The notes below the pieces were generated by a model that saw only the letters and a list, made by a program, of their open reading frames with translations, was not told the origin of the DNA and ran no database searches. DNA of 63,996 bases, counting the filler, from Octopus bimaculoides (taxonomy: Eukaryota), in assembly GCF_001194135.2 (NCBI RefSeq). It is 10 parts of 9 records of this genome, joined end to end, with 100 filler letters (N's around TTAATTAATTAA, not from the genome) between each part and the next. Parts side by side here need not be neighbours in the genome. Positions count along the whole stretch, not along the records: positions 26,183 to 43,780 come from NC_068992.1; positions 43,881 to 45,709 come from NW_026311781.1; positions 45,810 to 53,005 come from NC_069002.1; 7 more parts are not named here. One strand, given 5' to 3'. How positions within the stretch are numbered: position 1 is the stretch's first letter; each line of letters begins with the position of its first letter. The position numbers and the translations under genes are program-made. Below are positions 38,985 through 51,793 of the stretch, in pieces.

Positions 38985-39215
38985 TGCCCCTGGGCTGGCT
39001 CTTGTGCAGGTGACACATGAAATCTTTCGAGCGGGATCGTTGCCAGTGCCCCTGGACTGGCTCTTGTGCGGGTGACACATGAAATGTTTCGAGCGGGATC
39101 GTTTGCCAGTGCCCCCAGACTGGCTCATGTGCGGGTGACACATGAAATGTTTTGAGCGGGACGGGATCGCTGCCAGTGCCCCTGGACTGGCTCATGTGCG
39201 GGCGACATCTGAAAT
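38985..39215. repeat. 62-63-bp minisatellite derived from the RTE 3' UTR repeat unit
   Basis: gtgacacatgaaat...cgagcgggatcg..gccagtgcccc.ggactggctc at 39010, 39072 and 39135, running into a gap. Confidence 0.85.
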
Positions 39216-39515
39216 NNNNNNNNNNNNNNNNNNNNNNNNNNNNNNNNNNNNNNNNNNNNNNNNNNNNNNNNNNNNNNNNNNNNNNNNNNNNNNNNNNNNN
39301 NNNNNNNNNNNNNNNNNNNNNNNNNNNNNNNNNNNNNNNNNNNNNNNNNNNNNNNNNNNNNNNNNNNNNNNNNNNNNNNNNNNNNNNNNNNNNNNNNNNN
39401 NNNNNNNNNNNNNNNNNNNNNNNNNNNNNNNNNNNNNNNNNNNNNNNNNNNNNNNNNNNNNNNNNNNNNNNNNNNNNNNNNNNNNNNNNNNNNNNNNNNN
39501 NNNNNNNNNNNNNNT

Positions 39516-40100
39516 TGGCGTTAGGAAGGGCATCCAGCTGTGGAAACACTGCCAAATCAGATTGGAGCCTGGTGTAGCCATCTGGTTTCACCAGTCCTCA
39601 GTCAAATCGTCCAACCCATGCTAGCATGGAAAGCGGACGTTAAACGAAGACGACGATATATATGTGCTGTGCGTGAGAAGACCCAGCAAGCCAAGTGAGA
39701 TCGTTGCCAGGGCCCCCGGACTGGCTCTTGTGCGGGTGGCACATAAGATGCACCATTTTGAGCGTGACCGTTGCCAGTGTCGCCTGACTGGCCATGGTAA
39801 GGTTTTCGAGCGAGATCGTTGCCAGTGCCCCTGGACTGGCTTTTGTGCGGGTGGCACATAAAAGACACCATTTCGAGCGTGGCCGTTGCCAGTACCGCCT
39901 GACTGGCTTTCGTGCGGGTGACACGTAAAAGCACCCACTACACTCTCTGAGTGGTTGGCGTTAGGAAGGGCATCCAGCTGTAGAAACTCTGCCAAATTAG
40001 ATTGGAGCCTGGTGTTGCCATCCGGTTTCACCAGTCCTCAGTCAAATCGTCCAACCCATGCTAGCATGGAAAGCAGACGTTAAACGATGATGATGATGAT
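39516..40100 (+). mobile_element. Tandem RTE-type 3' UTR fragments with (GAT)n-type tails (other copies 26204-26412 +, 28740-29030 -, 51853-52190 -)
   Basis: Near-identical ttggcgttaggaagggcatccagctg...ccaacccatgctagcatggaaagcggacgttaaacga; same sequence terminates the RTE at 29690. Confidence 0.8.
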
Positions 40101-40901
40101 AATGATTATTATTATTATTATCATTCTTTTTGGATTGCTTAGATATCAAACTGCATCCTGCAATTTTATATTCCTTGCTGTGCCAAATAACCTGGCTTTC
40201 GGGAGAATCAGGAAATTTGAGCTGACAGAATCCTTAAAACATTGGAAAAATTACTTTGCAGCATTTGTTCCGGCTCTTTACATTCTGAGTTCAAAACCCA
40301 CAGAGACCAACTTTGCTTTAAATCTTTCCAGGGTTGACAAAATAAAATAACTACAGAAGAATTGGATTGATATAATCGACTAACTCTTCACTTCAAAATT
40401 ATGGCTTTGTGCCTAAATCAAGCACCTGTGCCAGTGTCACATAATAGGCACCTGTGGTGATGCCATGTAAAAAGCACCTGTGCTAGTGTCACGTAAAAAG
40501 CACCCATACTGATTCCACATAGAATGCAATCGTGCCAGTACTACATAAGAAGCACTGATACCGGTGCCATGCAGGGAGCACTTGTACAGGTTCCACATAA
40601 GAAGCACTTGTGTAGGTGCCATATAAAGAAGCACATGTGCACGTGCAACATATAGAAGCACTTGTGCCAGAGTCAAGGCAGACAATTGTAGCCTGGTGTA
40701 GCTCTTCAGCCTTGCCAGCTCCTGTCAAGCCAGCCAACCCATGCCAGCATGGAAAACAGATGTTAAATGACAATGATGAAAAATTGGCAGAATTGTTTGA
40801 GCACCAGAAAAAAAGGCCTTGTGGTACTTCTGGCTCTTCACGTTCTGAGTTCATATTCTGCCATGGTCAACTTTGCCTTTCAACTGACCAGAGTGAATAT
40901 A

Positions 40902-41131
40902 TTAACCCTTTTGTTACTGTATTTATTTTGAGATGTTCTGTGTTTCTTTCAATTAATTTTAAATATAACAAAGAATTTGGTAAAATAACTTAGTTATAAT
41001 TAAGCTGTTGTTAGGAACATAAATTGTGACAAAGGTTTGGTGGAAGATTTTAATTTAGAACTATTGAAAACAAGACATTTGTACTACAGAATCAGAGGCA
41101 GTTTCAGCAGGGTTGGTATCAAAAAGGTTAA
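40902..41131. mobile_element. piggyBac-like MITE (related copies 36205-36392, 41203-41301 internally deleted, ~28270-28440)
   Basis: TTAA|CCCTTTTGTTAC ... GTATCAAAAAGG|TTAA. Confidence 0.75.
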
Positions 41132-41879
41132 TTTGCAGATTGGCTTGTTAGAAATAACAGCCAAATCTTATGCAAATTGATGACACATTTGACTGACTGT
41201 CTTTAACCCTTTTGCTACCATATTTCTGTTGAGATGCTCTGTGTTTCTTTCATTTGTACTCAGAGCCAGAAGCGGTTTCAGCCAGGTTGGTAATGAAAGG
41301 GATACCAAGATCTCTGTAATCAATTAAACCCACCACCTACTCCAAAATTGTTGGCCTTATGTATAATTTAATAATAATAATAATTAGTTTTAAATGAAGG
41401 CACATGGCCAGCAATTATGGAGGTAGAGAGTTAGTTGATTACTGGTACCTTATTTTACTGATTAAAAGTGGATGAAAGGCATAGGTGACCTTGGCGGAAT
41501 TTGAACTCAGAACATAAAGAGTCAAAAGAAATGCTGCTAAGCATTTTGTCTAACTTGCTAATGACTCTGCCAGCTCACCGCCTTTATTGTTGTTAGAATG
41601 TCATAAGGGCATTCCTTCGTTTTCCCCCACATAAACATCAAATGGATTAGCTGGTTGTTTGTTAATTTCCATAAAAAAATTTTATTTATTTACTTTTGTT
41701 TTCATGATGTATGGAAGGCGACATTTGCTTTGAAGTAAGAGCAGAAAGTGAAAGATATATGTATGAGTATACGAAATGTACATGTATATGAAAGATTGTG
41801 TGTGTATGTGTGCACACTATATTCAGCACACAAACACACATGTACACCTCTTAAATGGCCAATCCTATGTGATTGGCTT

Positions 41880-43050
41880 TTGATGAAGGAGGGAGTTCGA
41901 CACTGCTGCCCTCTTTTTAGTTTCTTGCTTTGATATTGGTTCATCTGGGATCTTGAATAGTAAGAGGTCAAGTTATTTCTTGAAAACATCTACCCCCACT
42001 CCATGGAGATCCCTGAGGTGTTTTGCTAAGGTCTTAAATAGCTGTTGGCCCTTGAATCCCAAGCTATTACAGTACATGATCCTCATGGGACAGCTGGGAC
42101 ATGTGGAACAGTGCAGTGACGTCCTATTTGGGGTCTGATATAGCTCTTGATTCCAAAGTTAGTTGCCAGCCCCTCCCGTATCTTCCACACAAATATAATT
42201 GTATACTTCTCCTGTCTTTGCTCCAGGGAGTAGAGTTGTAACTTTTTCACTCTCTCCCAGTAGCTCAGCTCTTCCACTGATGCAATCTTCCTTGTGTAAC
42301 ATCACTGAACTGCCTCTAGTTCCATTATTAATCCGACACTATAAAGTGACCACAGCTAAGAGCAGTAGTTCAGATGGTCCTCCATAGGACCAGCATAGTT
42401 TCTGGTTAGTGACACGCATATTTCTTGATTACATGTCACTAAATCTTTTAAGTACTTTGTTTTGCGTTGTTGGGATTGTTACGAAGCCCCTGACATACAG
42501 CAAGAATATTGATGTGACATGTAGGGTGTCGGTAGTGGCCACTGGTCTGACACATGCAAAAGTGTCAGAGGTGGCCACCATGGATCCTTTGTTGTTTGAG
42601 GTGGTCATGAATACTGGTATGTGTCCCTCACACTGGATGTCTGATGAAGCCAGGTCAGCTGCCTTACCATCTTCTGCTGTCCAGCAGCTGCTATCTGCAC
42701 TGCATCGACAGTTTGTTTCCTCGTAGGAGCAGTGCATGCACCATACACACACTTTCATGGTGGTGACCTGACTGTGTGTCTCATTGGAGGCTGTTCTTCC
42801 TGGTCTTCGAGCGAGTGGAATAAGTACCATTCACATGAGATCTGGGATCAGCAAATCTGCAGCCTGTCCCAATGTCACTATGCCAGCAGGTACCCTTTAC
42901 ATAGAACTTGCAGACTAGTTTGCTTTCCTTTTTACCAGAGTCATTGCTGGTTCTATTTTGTTTTCCATGTAATCCCACTTTGGGCCCACATCCATTCTCA
43001 GCTCGCCGGCCTGCTAGTATGTATGTGTTTATGTATATGTGAATCCTACA
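41880..43050 (-). mobile_element. CR1-like LINE derivative: ORF1 CCCH-like finger, start of APE, RT C-terminal tail
   Basis: CKFYVKGTCWHSDIGTGCRFAD (42850-42915); LLYVRGF...NKV and RGSSVMLHKED; then EELSYWERVKKLQLYSLEQRQEKYTIIFVWKI...CNSLGFKGQQLFKTLAKHLRDLHGVGVDVFKK*LDLLL. Confidence 0.75.
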
Positions 43051-43372
43051 CTCTAGATTAAGCAGGTACAGATAAAATGTCAAACAGTTTTAGTAAGCTC
43101 TGGGAAATTTATGATACTGAAGAGTTTAAACTTCTGACCTTTTGTAAAACAAATGAAGCCAGTAAGAACGAACCTTAGTCACTTACACATACAGGCAAAA
43201 AAATACATACGAGAACACACACCTTCATTCACTCTCTCTCTCACACACATAAAAAAAGATGCATGCATATGTATTTATGTATATACGTGTATATTTAAGA
43301 TTATGGGTGTATGCGCGTGTTTGTGTATGACTGACTACAAATACATCGAGCTGAACAGCGCGTGTGCGCACG

Positions 43373-43403
<31 letters not shown>

Positions 43404-44267
43404 CGATATACACACGTACACCTATCTTTCATATACACGTACATACATCTTTCACTTTCTAATCTCACTTCAAAGCAAATGTCGCCTTCCACACGTCATG
43501 AAAACAAAAGTAAATAAATAAAAAAAAATTTCGGAAATTAACGAACATATGATCCCATATGATCGAATTTTGACGCTTATGCAGGTGAAAACGAAAGAAA
43601 GTTACAATAAGTACTAGTTGGATGTAATAGACTCGTCCCCTCCCCCAAAAGTGCTGCCCTTGCGGCAAAATTTGTAACTATTATTATTATGTAACGTATT
43701 AAATTTATTCCCTGTAATTCACTAGTTTATGCCGCTTTCATTTTTACACCAAAGTTCAAGGACGTTTTGATAAGACGAACNNNNNNNNNNNNNNNNNNNN
43801 NNNNNNNNNNNNNNNNNNNNNNNNTTAATTAATTAANNNNNNNNNNNNNNNNNNNNNNNNNNNNNNNNNNNNNNNNNNNNATATACATACATATATACAC
43901 ATGTAAATAATGAGAAAGAGCGAGAAAGAAAGAGAGAAAGAGAGATGGGTGAACTAAATTATGTACTTTCCTTTCTCTCTTTGGTTTGCAAGAAAATTTA
44001 TGATATGGTGTGTGTCGAAACACATTTCTTTTTTGCAAATCAGGAGGGGCATTACGAGAACAGTAATCTCATGCATGGTTCTTTTTCACAATTTTGTTAC
44101 CATTAGTCAAGTAGTTAATATATGCATTCCATTTATTATGAACTTGTTATTTATATGTAAGAATTTTGCATGCAAATCAAGCTGCAAATATAAACTTAGT
44201 AACTGGTTAAGATTCTTAGGTATATAATTCCATGCAGAATAGAACGATGTAGACTAAACACTCCGTA

Positions 44268-44300
<33 letters not shown>

Positions 44301-45809
44301 GTATATATATATATATNNNNNNNNNNNNNNNNNNNNNNNNNNNNNNNNNNNNNNNNNNNNNNNNNNNNNNNNNNNNNNNNNNNNNNNNNNNNNNNNNNNN
44401 NNNNNNNNNNNNNNNNNNNNNNNNNNNNNNNNNNNNNNNNNNNNNNNNNNNNNNNNNNNNNNNNNNNNNNNNNNNNNNNNNNNNNNNNNNNNNNNNNNNN
44501 NNNNNNNNNNNNNNNNNNNNNNNNNNNNNNNNNNNNNNNNNNNNNNNNNNNNNNNNNNNNNNNNNNNNNNNNNNNNNNNNNNNNNNNNNNNNNNNNNNNN
44601 NNNNNNNNNNNNNNNNNNNNNNNNNNNNNNNNNNNNNNNNNNNNNNNNNNNNNNNNNNNNNNNNNNNNNNNNNNNNNNNNNNNNNNNNNNNNNNNNNNNN
44701 NNNNNNNNNNNNNNNNNNNNNNNNNNNNNNNNNNNNNNNNNNNNNNNNNNNNNNNNNNNNNNNNNNNNNNNNNNNNNNNNNNNNNNNNNNNNNNNNNNNN
44801 NNNNNNNNNNNNNNNNNNNNNNNNNNNNNNNNNNNNNNNNNNNNNNNNNNNNNNNNNNNNNNNNNNNNNNNNNNNNNNNNNNNNNNNNNNNNNNNNNNNN
44901 NNNNNNNNNNNNNNNNNNNNNNNNNNNNNNNNNNNNNNNNNNNNNNNNNNNNNNNNNNNNNNNNNNNNNNNTATATATATATATATATATATTTAGCAAA
45001 TAATGAAATGGTGTTAAATATGTTCACTGCAACCGTTATAAATTCATAACTTTTACAATTTATATGTATTTGCCTATGAATTTGTAAATTTCTTTGGCCA
45101 CGCGATATTTATATGCAGATATTTCAGGCTGGTCTATTGTTTTTGATGAGAATTTTATTAATGCAATTTAATACATTATTCATATGTGTTTATGATTGGC
45201 TACAAATACATATTATGTCATGTTTAAGAGCCTTTTGTGAACAAAGAAAAAAATAATAATAATAATAAACGGTTTCCCAATCATGTAGATTTGCTTTCAT
45301 ATGTTACATATTTTGTATGACATTTTTGTAACTGGTTGTTTGGTGTGTTATACATATTGTGTAATATTTGCTTCTCTATTGCACAGTTTTAGAGCTACTA
45401 AATTATTTCTATATCCGCTATTGACAGGCGTTTATAAAATCGCTAAAGAGAAAAGGCTTTTATATTATTCGCCGCAGAGGAAGAGAAACAAAATTAAATG
45501 AATATCATGAAACGCACCCTTATAATGCCGGATATAAGAATAATTTAGGAATAAATAGAATCATCAATGAACTTCGGAAATATGTTTGTTCTGAACATGG
45601 CATTAGAGGCGGATAAAGGAATGTGAAATGCCAATGAAATGTGCAAAAACTGCTTTTAATAATACATGCTTAACATATAAACTGTTTAACATGTGAGTAT
45701 AGATATGTGNNNNNNNNNNNNNNNNNNNNNNNNNNNNNNNNNNNNNNNNNNNNTTAATTAATTAANNNNNNNNNNNNNNNNNNNNNNNNNNNNNNNNNNN
45801 NNNNNNNNN

Positions 45810-45840
<31 letters not shown>

Positions 45841-45962
45841 GTGTATAGATTTGATTCAGTCAGGATTTCTCTGTAGTTACATAACAACATGTATATACAT
45901 ATATAATCATGTGGATAGATTGTACCGGATTCCATGTTATCAGTAGCACTCACACGATACTT

Positions 45963-46280
45963 CACATGGCTCAGTGGTTAGAGCGTCAGGCTCACAATCA
46001 CGAGGTAGTGAGTTCGATTCCTGGCCAGGCTGTGTGTTGTGTTCTTGAGCAAGACTATTTCACTTTGCTCAGTTCACTCAGCTGTAGAAATGAATTGCAA
46101 CATCACTGGTGCCAAGCTGTCTCAGCCTTTACCTTTCCCTTGGATAACATTGGTGGTGTGGAGAGGGAAGGCTGGTATGCATGGGTGACTGCTGGTCTTC
46201 CATAAACTACCTTGCCTGGACTTGTGCCTCGGGAAGGAACTTTCTGGGTGCTATCCCATGGTCATCCATGATCAGAGTGG
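45963..46280 (+). mobile_element. tRNA-derived SINE family F (related fragments at ~490-700 + and ~52720-52940 -)
   Basis: TGGCTCAGTGGTTAGAGCG A box, GAGTTCGATTCC B box, core gtgttcttgagcaagac...cactcagctgta.a.atga. Confidence 0.75.
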
Positions 46281-47949
46281 GTTTTTACTCTTTACCCATG
46301 CCTGACATATACACACATACCTACTTTCAAAATTTTGTTCAGATTTAAATGCTGTGAACTCCTGAGGTAATGATTCCGTCCAAAAAAAAAAAATTTCCAA
46401 ATCTCGTTTTTTTAATAAAATTTTGACCATACCCCTTCCTTTCATCATTTTGAAAATTAAACAGTTTTTTTTTTTTTTATAAGGTGAAAAAGTTGGCAAT
46501 ACAATTCAAGAAAATTTTATATTTTTAATTTCAAAATAGTTTTTGAAATTGAAAATCAGAAAATTACACACAATTTCCCACACCCATGTGGCACAAGGCA
46601 AACAACAGCTTTTATTTTGTGAGACAAGAAGTAACCAATTTCTCTTTCCGCTGCTCCAGCCCAAGAAGTGTGGAATGTAATGTTAAAGCATTTGTCAGTT
46701 TTGTAGTTTGCCACTGCAATTGCAGGTTACTTCTTCCATTAGATTTGGCACTATCCTACAATAGTTAATTGTCCCGAGATAAGAATAATAATGATCTGCC
46801 TTGCCACTCTCTACATATTTGTAGCAGATATATTTTACCACTTAGTCAGTGAGAAAGGGCAGCATCCATGACAGCCTCCATAACTGATGGGAGTAAATTA
46901 TCCTCAAATCAGAAATCTGGCCTGAAAACTTGCAATACAGTGAACTTTGTTAAAGGCACTTAAAGACCAGGTGGTGGTGTTAAACTGGGAAGCAGGTTAA
47001 GTGTACTACCCAAGAACTTGGAACACAAGAGAAGGAACCGATACCACAAGGCATTTTGTCTGACACCCTAATGATTCTGCCAAGCCAGCATCTTATATTG
47101 GTCCCTTACTTTATTGATCCCTAAATGATAAGAAGTAAAGTTGCTTTCAGTGGGATTTGAACTCAGAGCTCAAGGCACCAGAGGAAATAATTCAAGGCAT
47201 TTTGCCCTATACTCAAAAAACATGCATGTTACAACTTATGAGATGATATCCTAATACTTTTTGTGCATTGCTTGTTTGTTGCTTTTTTTATTTTTTTCAT
47301 AAAGTTATCTTGCCTGAAGAGAAAGAACAGAGCCCATGACCTTGCAGTCACAAACTGATGACATTCAACTTGGATTTCTGTAGGGTAAACATGGTACATG
47401 GAAAGAGTTAAATATGGTTTATAAATCTGGGGAGGAAATGGTGGACAACAGGCTTTTGGGTTTAAGTGGAGGTGAGACACAGTAGGAGAGAGGAGAATAG
47501 GTCATTATTGGTGTTATTTTTTAGCTTCAGGTCAATATTAACTGACCAGGCATATGATCAAAGGTAGATTTGGTTGTTATTTCCAACAGGCTGAGCAACA
47601 ACCTGTTTTAACTCAAGATTATATATAACCCAAGTGAGGTATGTAGAGTCAAGTTTACTGTTCAAATACAAACAAAATGCTTGTGAATTTGAACCCAAGG
47701 TTTTTAAACTGATATTTTAATAACCATGTCTATAAGAGAAAGGAGATAAAATGTCATGATGCTCATACCATTTGCAAGGACATTTACAACATTCAGGAAT
47801 TCCTTACTCGAGCTTTCAACTGATGGAGTCATAGGAAGAACTGTCATGAAATACAGATTGTCTGAGGCATTTTAAACCTGGCAGAATCCATTCTCTCAGG
47901 CCCAAACACAGCTAAGAGAGAGAGCAAGAGAAAATAATTATTATTTTGA

Positions 47950-49030
47950 ATTTTGGCATAAGGTCTGCAGTTTTGTGGAGAGAGAACAAGTTGATTATAT
48001 CAACCTCAGTATTTGACTGGTACTTTATTCAATCAATACTGAAAGGATGAAAGCAAAGTCAACTTCAGTGGAATTTGAACTCAGGATGTAAAAACGCTGA
48101 AAGAAATACCATGAAGCATTTTCACCCAGTCCTCAAACAATTCCAACAGCTTTCTACTAAAGGCACAAGGCCTGAAGCTTTTTTGGGAGGTGGGGGGACC
48201 AGTTGATTACATTGACCCCAGTGTTTCACCAGTACTTAATTTATTGACCCCGAAAGGATGAAAGGCAAAATTTGAACTCGGACAGACAAAACGTCTCTAA
48301 ACATTTTGCCCAGCATGCTAACGATTCTGCCAGCTCAACACCTTGATAATGATAATAATAATAATAATAATAATAATAATCCTTTCTATTAAAGGCACAA
48401 GGCCTGAAATATGGAGGAGGAGACTAGTCAATTACATCAACCCCAGTGTTTTACTGGTACTTAATCTATCAACCCCGAAAGGATGAAAGGCAAAGTTGAC
48501 CTCGGAGGAATTTGAACTCAGAATGCACAGGCTGATGAAATGCTGCTCAGCATTTTGCCCAGTGTGCTAACGATTCAGCCACCTTGACAATAATAATAAC
48601 AATTCTTTCTACTGAAGGCATAAGGCCTTGAAATTTTAGGGGAGGCTCTAGTCGATTACATCAACCCCAGTGTTTCACTGGTACTTAATTTATTGACTCT
48701 AAAAGAATGAAAGGCAAAGTCCACCTTGGCAGAATTTGAACCCAGAACATAGCAATGGGCAAAATGCCGCTAAGCATTTCATCCAGTGTGTTAGTGATTC
48801 TGCCAGCTCGCCACCTTAATAATAATAATAATAATGTACAAGACCTGCAATTTTTACAGGAGTAGGTAAGCCAATTCCATTGGCTCAGTATTTGACTGCT
48901 ATTTATATTACTAACACCAAAAGGATGAAAGGCGCAGTTGACCTTGGTGGAATTCAATGTAAAGAGTTGGAAGAAATGTCACTAAGAATATTTTCCAATG
49001 TTCTAATGATTCTGCCAACACACCTTGCAA
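47950..49030 (-). repeat. Head-to-tail array of 5 diverged family C SINE copies
   Basis: Units at about 47950, 48150, 48380, 48603 and 48835, the last three junctions marked by (AAT)n. Confidence 0.85.
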
Positions 49031-49558
49031 CATCAGCAGTCCCTGTATTGAACTGTATGTTTTTGATTCAAAAAGATGACAGACTAAGTTAACCTTTATA
49101 AGATTTGAACTTAGATCTCAGAGATTAGGAATGACTACCACAAAGCATTTTGTTTCATACTCTAATGTCTCTGTCATCACACTACCAACATAAAAAGAGT
49201 TGGAATGGCTTGACCTAACAAGTATAATTGATTCACCAAAGAATTTTATCTTTTACTTTATGTTGTTTACCACATAGAGTAGCTTAAAACAATTAATGCC
49301 AGACATTGTAGACGGAATTGCTGTCGACTGAATGAAATAGGGTAAGTACAATGAAAAATGTGATGAAAGATTGTAAATAGATAATACCCAAGAGGATTGC
49401 TTCACAGCAATGATTAACTGCAATATTAATGATGATAATCTTTGCTTTATTCATAATAATAATAATTTTTGTGCATTAGCACAAAGTCTGGAATATCTTT
49501 AAGGAGAGCACAGTCATTTGAATATGCTCTAGTATAGTTACAATGACAACAGTAATGA

Positions 49559-49694
49559 TTAACCTTTAGCACACTGTAGTGCATCATGTCATCATATGAG
49601 TTTTCTCCCCACTCAAATCAAAACAATGTGCCTGAAGCTACAGGGGAGAAAACTCACACAGTGTCATGATGTGCCTAAGCATGCTGAAGGTTAA
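49559..49694. mobile_element. Small piggyBac-like MITE with ~50-bp imperfect arms and TTAA flanks
   Basis: TTAA|CCTTTAGCAC...GAGTTTTCTCCCC versus the reverse complement of the right arm TTAA|CCTTCAGCAT...GAGTTTTCTCCCC. Confidence 0.8.
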
Positions 49695-49896
49695 TTTCGC
49701 TATGGAATTAGTGAAGGGCTGGTGACACAAAATAGTGATCCCATTGAAATGTAGGCCAATGCTTGGGCAGTTCAACCAATTACAACTCTGTTTCTCACAT
49801 TCGTCAAAGCATTGGACAGCCCAGAGCTATAGTCCTGGACTGTCTAATACCTTCATGAGTGCAGTTGGTACATGGAAACTCTGTAGAAGCCTGGCA

Positions 49897-50312
49897 TATG
49901 TATGTCATTATTCAGTTTATTTCAAGATTTCTTGCCAATAGAGAAAGAACCGGTTTGTAACCTAGATCCAAGGCTCCTTCATTGGAATTTCAACATCAAC
50001 AACAGGATTTTTTGTTTGTATATATGTATGTATGTATTATGTATGTATGTATGTATGTATGTATGTATGTATGTATGTATTCTCATGCATCTAGTTGCAT
50101 ATCTAGACATGCTCATGTATATTTTAATGATAAACTTCTGGAAAGTTTTACAGATTTTTACAGTTCCTGTGTTGGATTGGATCTGTAGTCTTTGAATTAA
50201 CTTTCTCCTTTCTGGTTTTGAGAAGCCTAATTTCTCAAAATTGGTATTTAGGCAGTGTATTGCATATCCCAGGGTCCCAATAATTACAGGTATAAACCTG
50301 AACTTGTAATCT
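49897..50312 (-). mobile_element. 3' end of an RLE-type LINE with (CATA)n in the 3' UTR and tail
   Basis: YKFRFIPVIIGTLGYAIHCLNTNFEKLGFSKPERRKLIQRLQIQSNTGTVKICKTFQKF, then (TACA)n and a UTR ending GACATACAT. Confidence 0.75.
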
Positions 50313-50715
50313 GTATGTACGTACATACGTATGTATGTATGTATGTATGTATGTATGTATGTATGTTTCGATTCCCAAACCGGACGTTGTGAGTGTTTAT
50401 TGAGCGAAAACACCTAAAGCTCCACGAGGCTCCGGCAGGGGATGGTGGCGAACCCTGCTGTACTCTTCCACCACAACTTTCCTCACTCTTTCTTCCTCTT
50501 TCTGTTGTACCTGTATTTCAAAGGGGCCAGCCTTGTCACACTGTCACGCTTAATCTCCGTGAGAGCTACGTTAAGGGTACACTTGTCTGTGGAGTGCTCA
50601 GCCACTTGCACATTAATTTCACAAGCAGGCTGTTCTGTTGATCGGATCAACTGGTACCCTCGTCGTCATAAGCGACGGAGTGCCAACAATGTATGTATGT
50701 ATGTATGTATGTATG

Positions 50716-51101
50716 TCACTTCTATTTTTAATTATTTAAATTCTTCCCCTGAAAAAGGAGCTGCTTTGTAACGAAGATACAAAGCTCTATCTTTGGAATG
50801 TAGCTAACGAAATCAATGTCACATTTTAAACCTGAGAAAAATCTTGCGTAGTTTTACTGTTCCGCTTACAGATTGTATTTATAATGTGTGAATCAGTTGG
50901 TTGATTTCTTTTTCTGAAAACCCAAGCTTATCCAGATGTTAGACATTTACTTACAAAACCAAGGGCTCCAATTATTATTGGTATGAATGTAAATTTGTAA
51001 CCTGGATATAGAAGTTGGAGGTTTCGAAGCATTTGCTCATAGTTATTTTCTTTCTCTTTGATTTTCAAAGAGATATTTATGTCAGCAGGACAGCTTACCT
51101 G
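50716..51101 (-). mobile_element. 3' end of a related RLE-type LINE with a (CATA)n tail
   Basis: VSCPADINISLKIKEKENNY..LRNLQLLYPGYKFTFIPIIIGALGFVSKCL...KLGFSEKE..QSVSGTVKLRKIFLRF; flanked by (TATG)n on both sides. Confidence 0.8.
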
Positions 51102-51709
51102 TATGATGTATGTATGTATGTATATATGTGTGTGGGTGTGGGTGTCTTTGTTTTCGTGTTTATCCACACCTTCACAACTTGACAACCTTTTAACTTTGCA
51201 TTTTGACAAAAACAGACTGACAGAGTTTAAATCCAGTTCAGTTTGATTTTTACTTTTAATCCCTCTGGGATCAATAAAATAAATACCTGTAATACACCAG
51301 TGTTGATTTAATTCACTACAACCCTGTCCTGACATTTATGGCCATGTGCCAATGCTACAAATCAATATTTTATCACTTTGTTCTGTGTTGTTATTTTATT
51401 TTTATTTTATTTATTTTATTTATTTTTTTTTTCACAAATAGACATGACGAGTTTCTACTGAAAAGTAAAGCATGAAAGGTGAGGGTGAGTGCAATCTGAT
51501 TTTCTGCCAAATCATTTAACACAATTATTCAACAAATTTTATTTTAGTTTATGTTTATTATTTTTATTTGTTATTATCATTATTTTCTCTGTGTGTTTGA
51601 TCAACAAAGTGCAGACTTCCAGTTGAATAAAAAGATGGTTATGTAGTGTTTTAGATAATGAAAGCTGGGTGTTAAAAACAAAGGTTAGTAAGTTCAAGGT
51701 CTTAACTGG

Positions 51710-51793
<84 letters not shown>

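Noticed and set aside
42781-43083. Host CCCH zinc-finger gene
   Set aside because: Final His is Asp, the frame stops soon after, and it is collinear with CR1-like ORF2 remnants.
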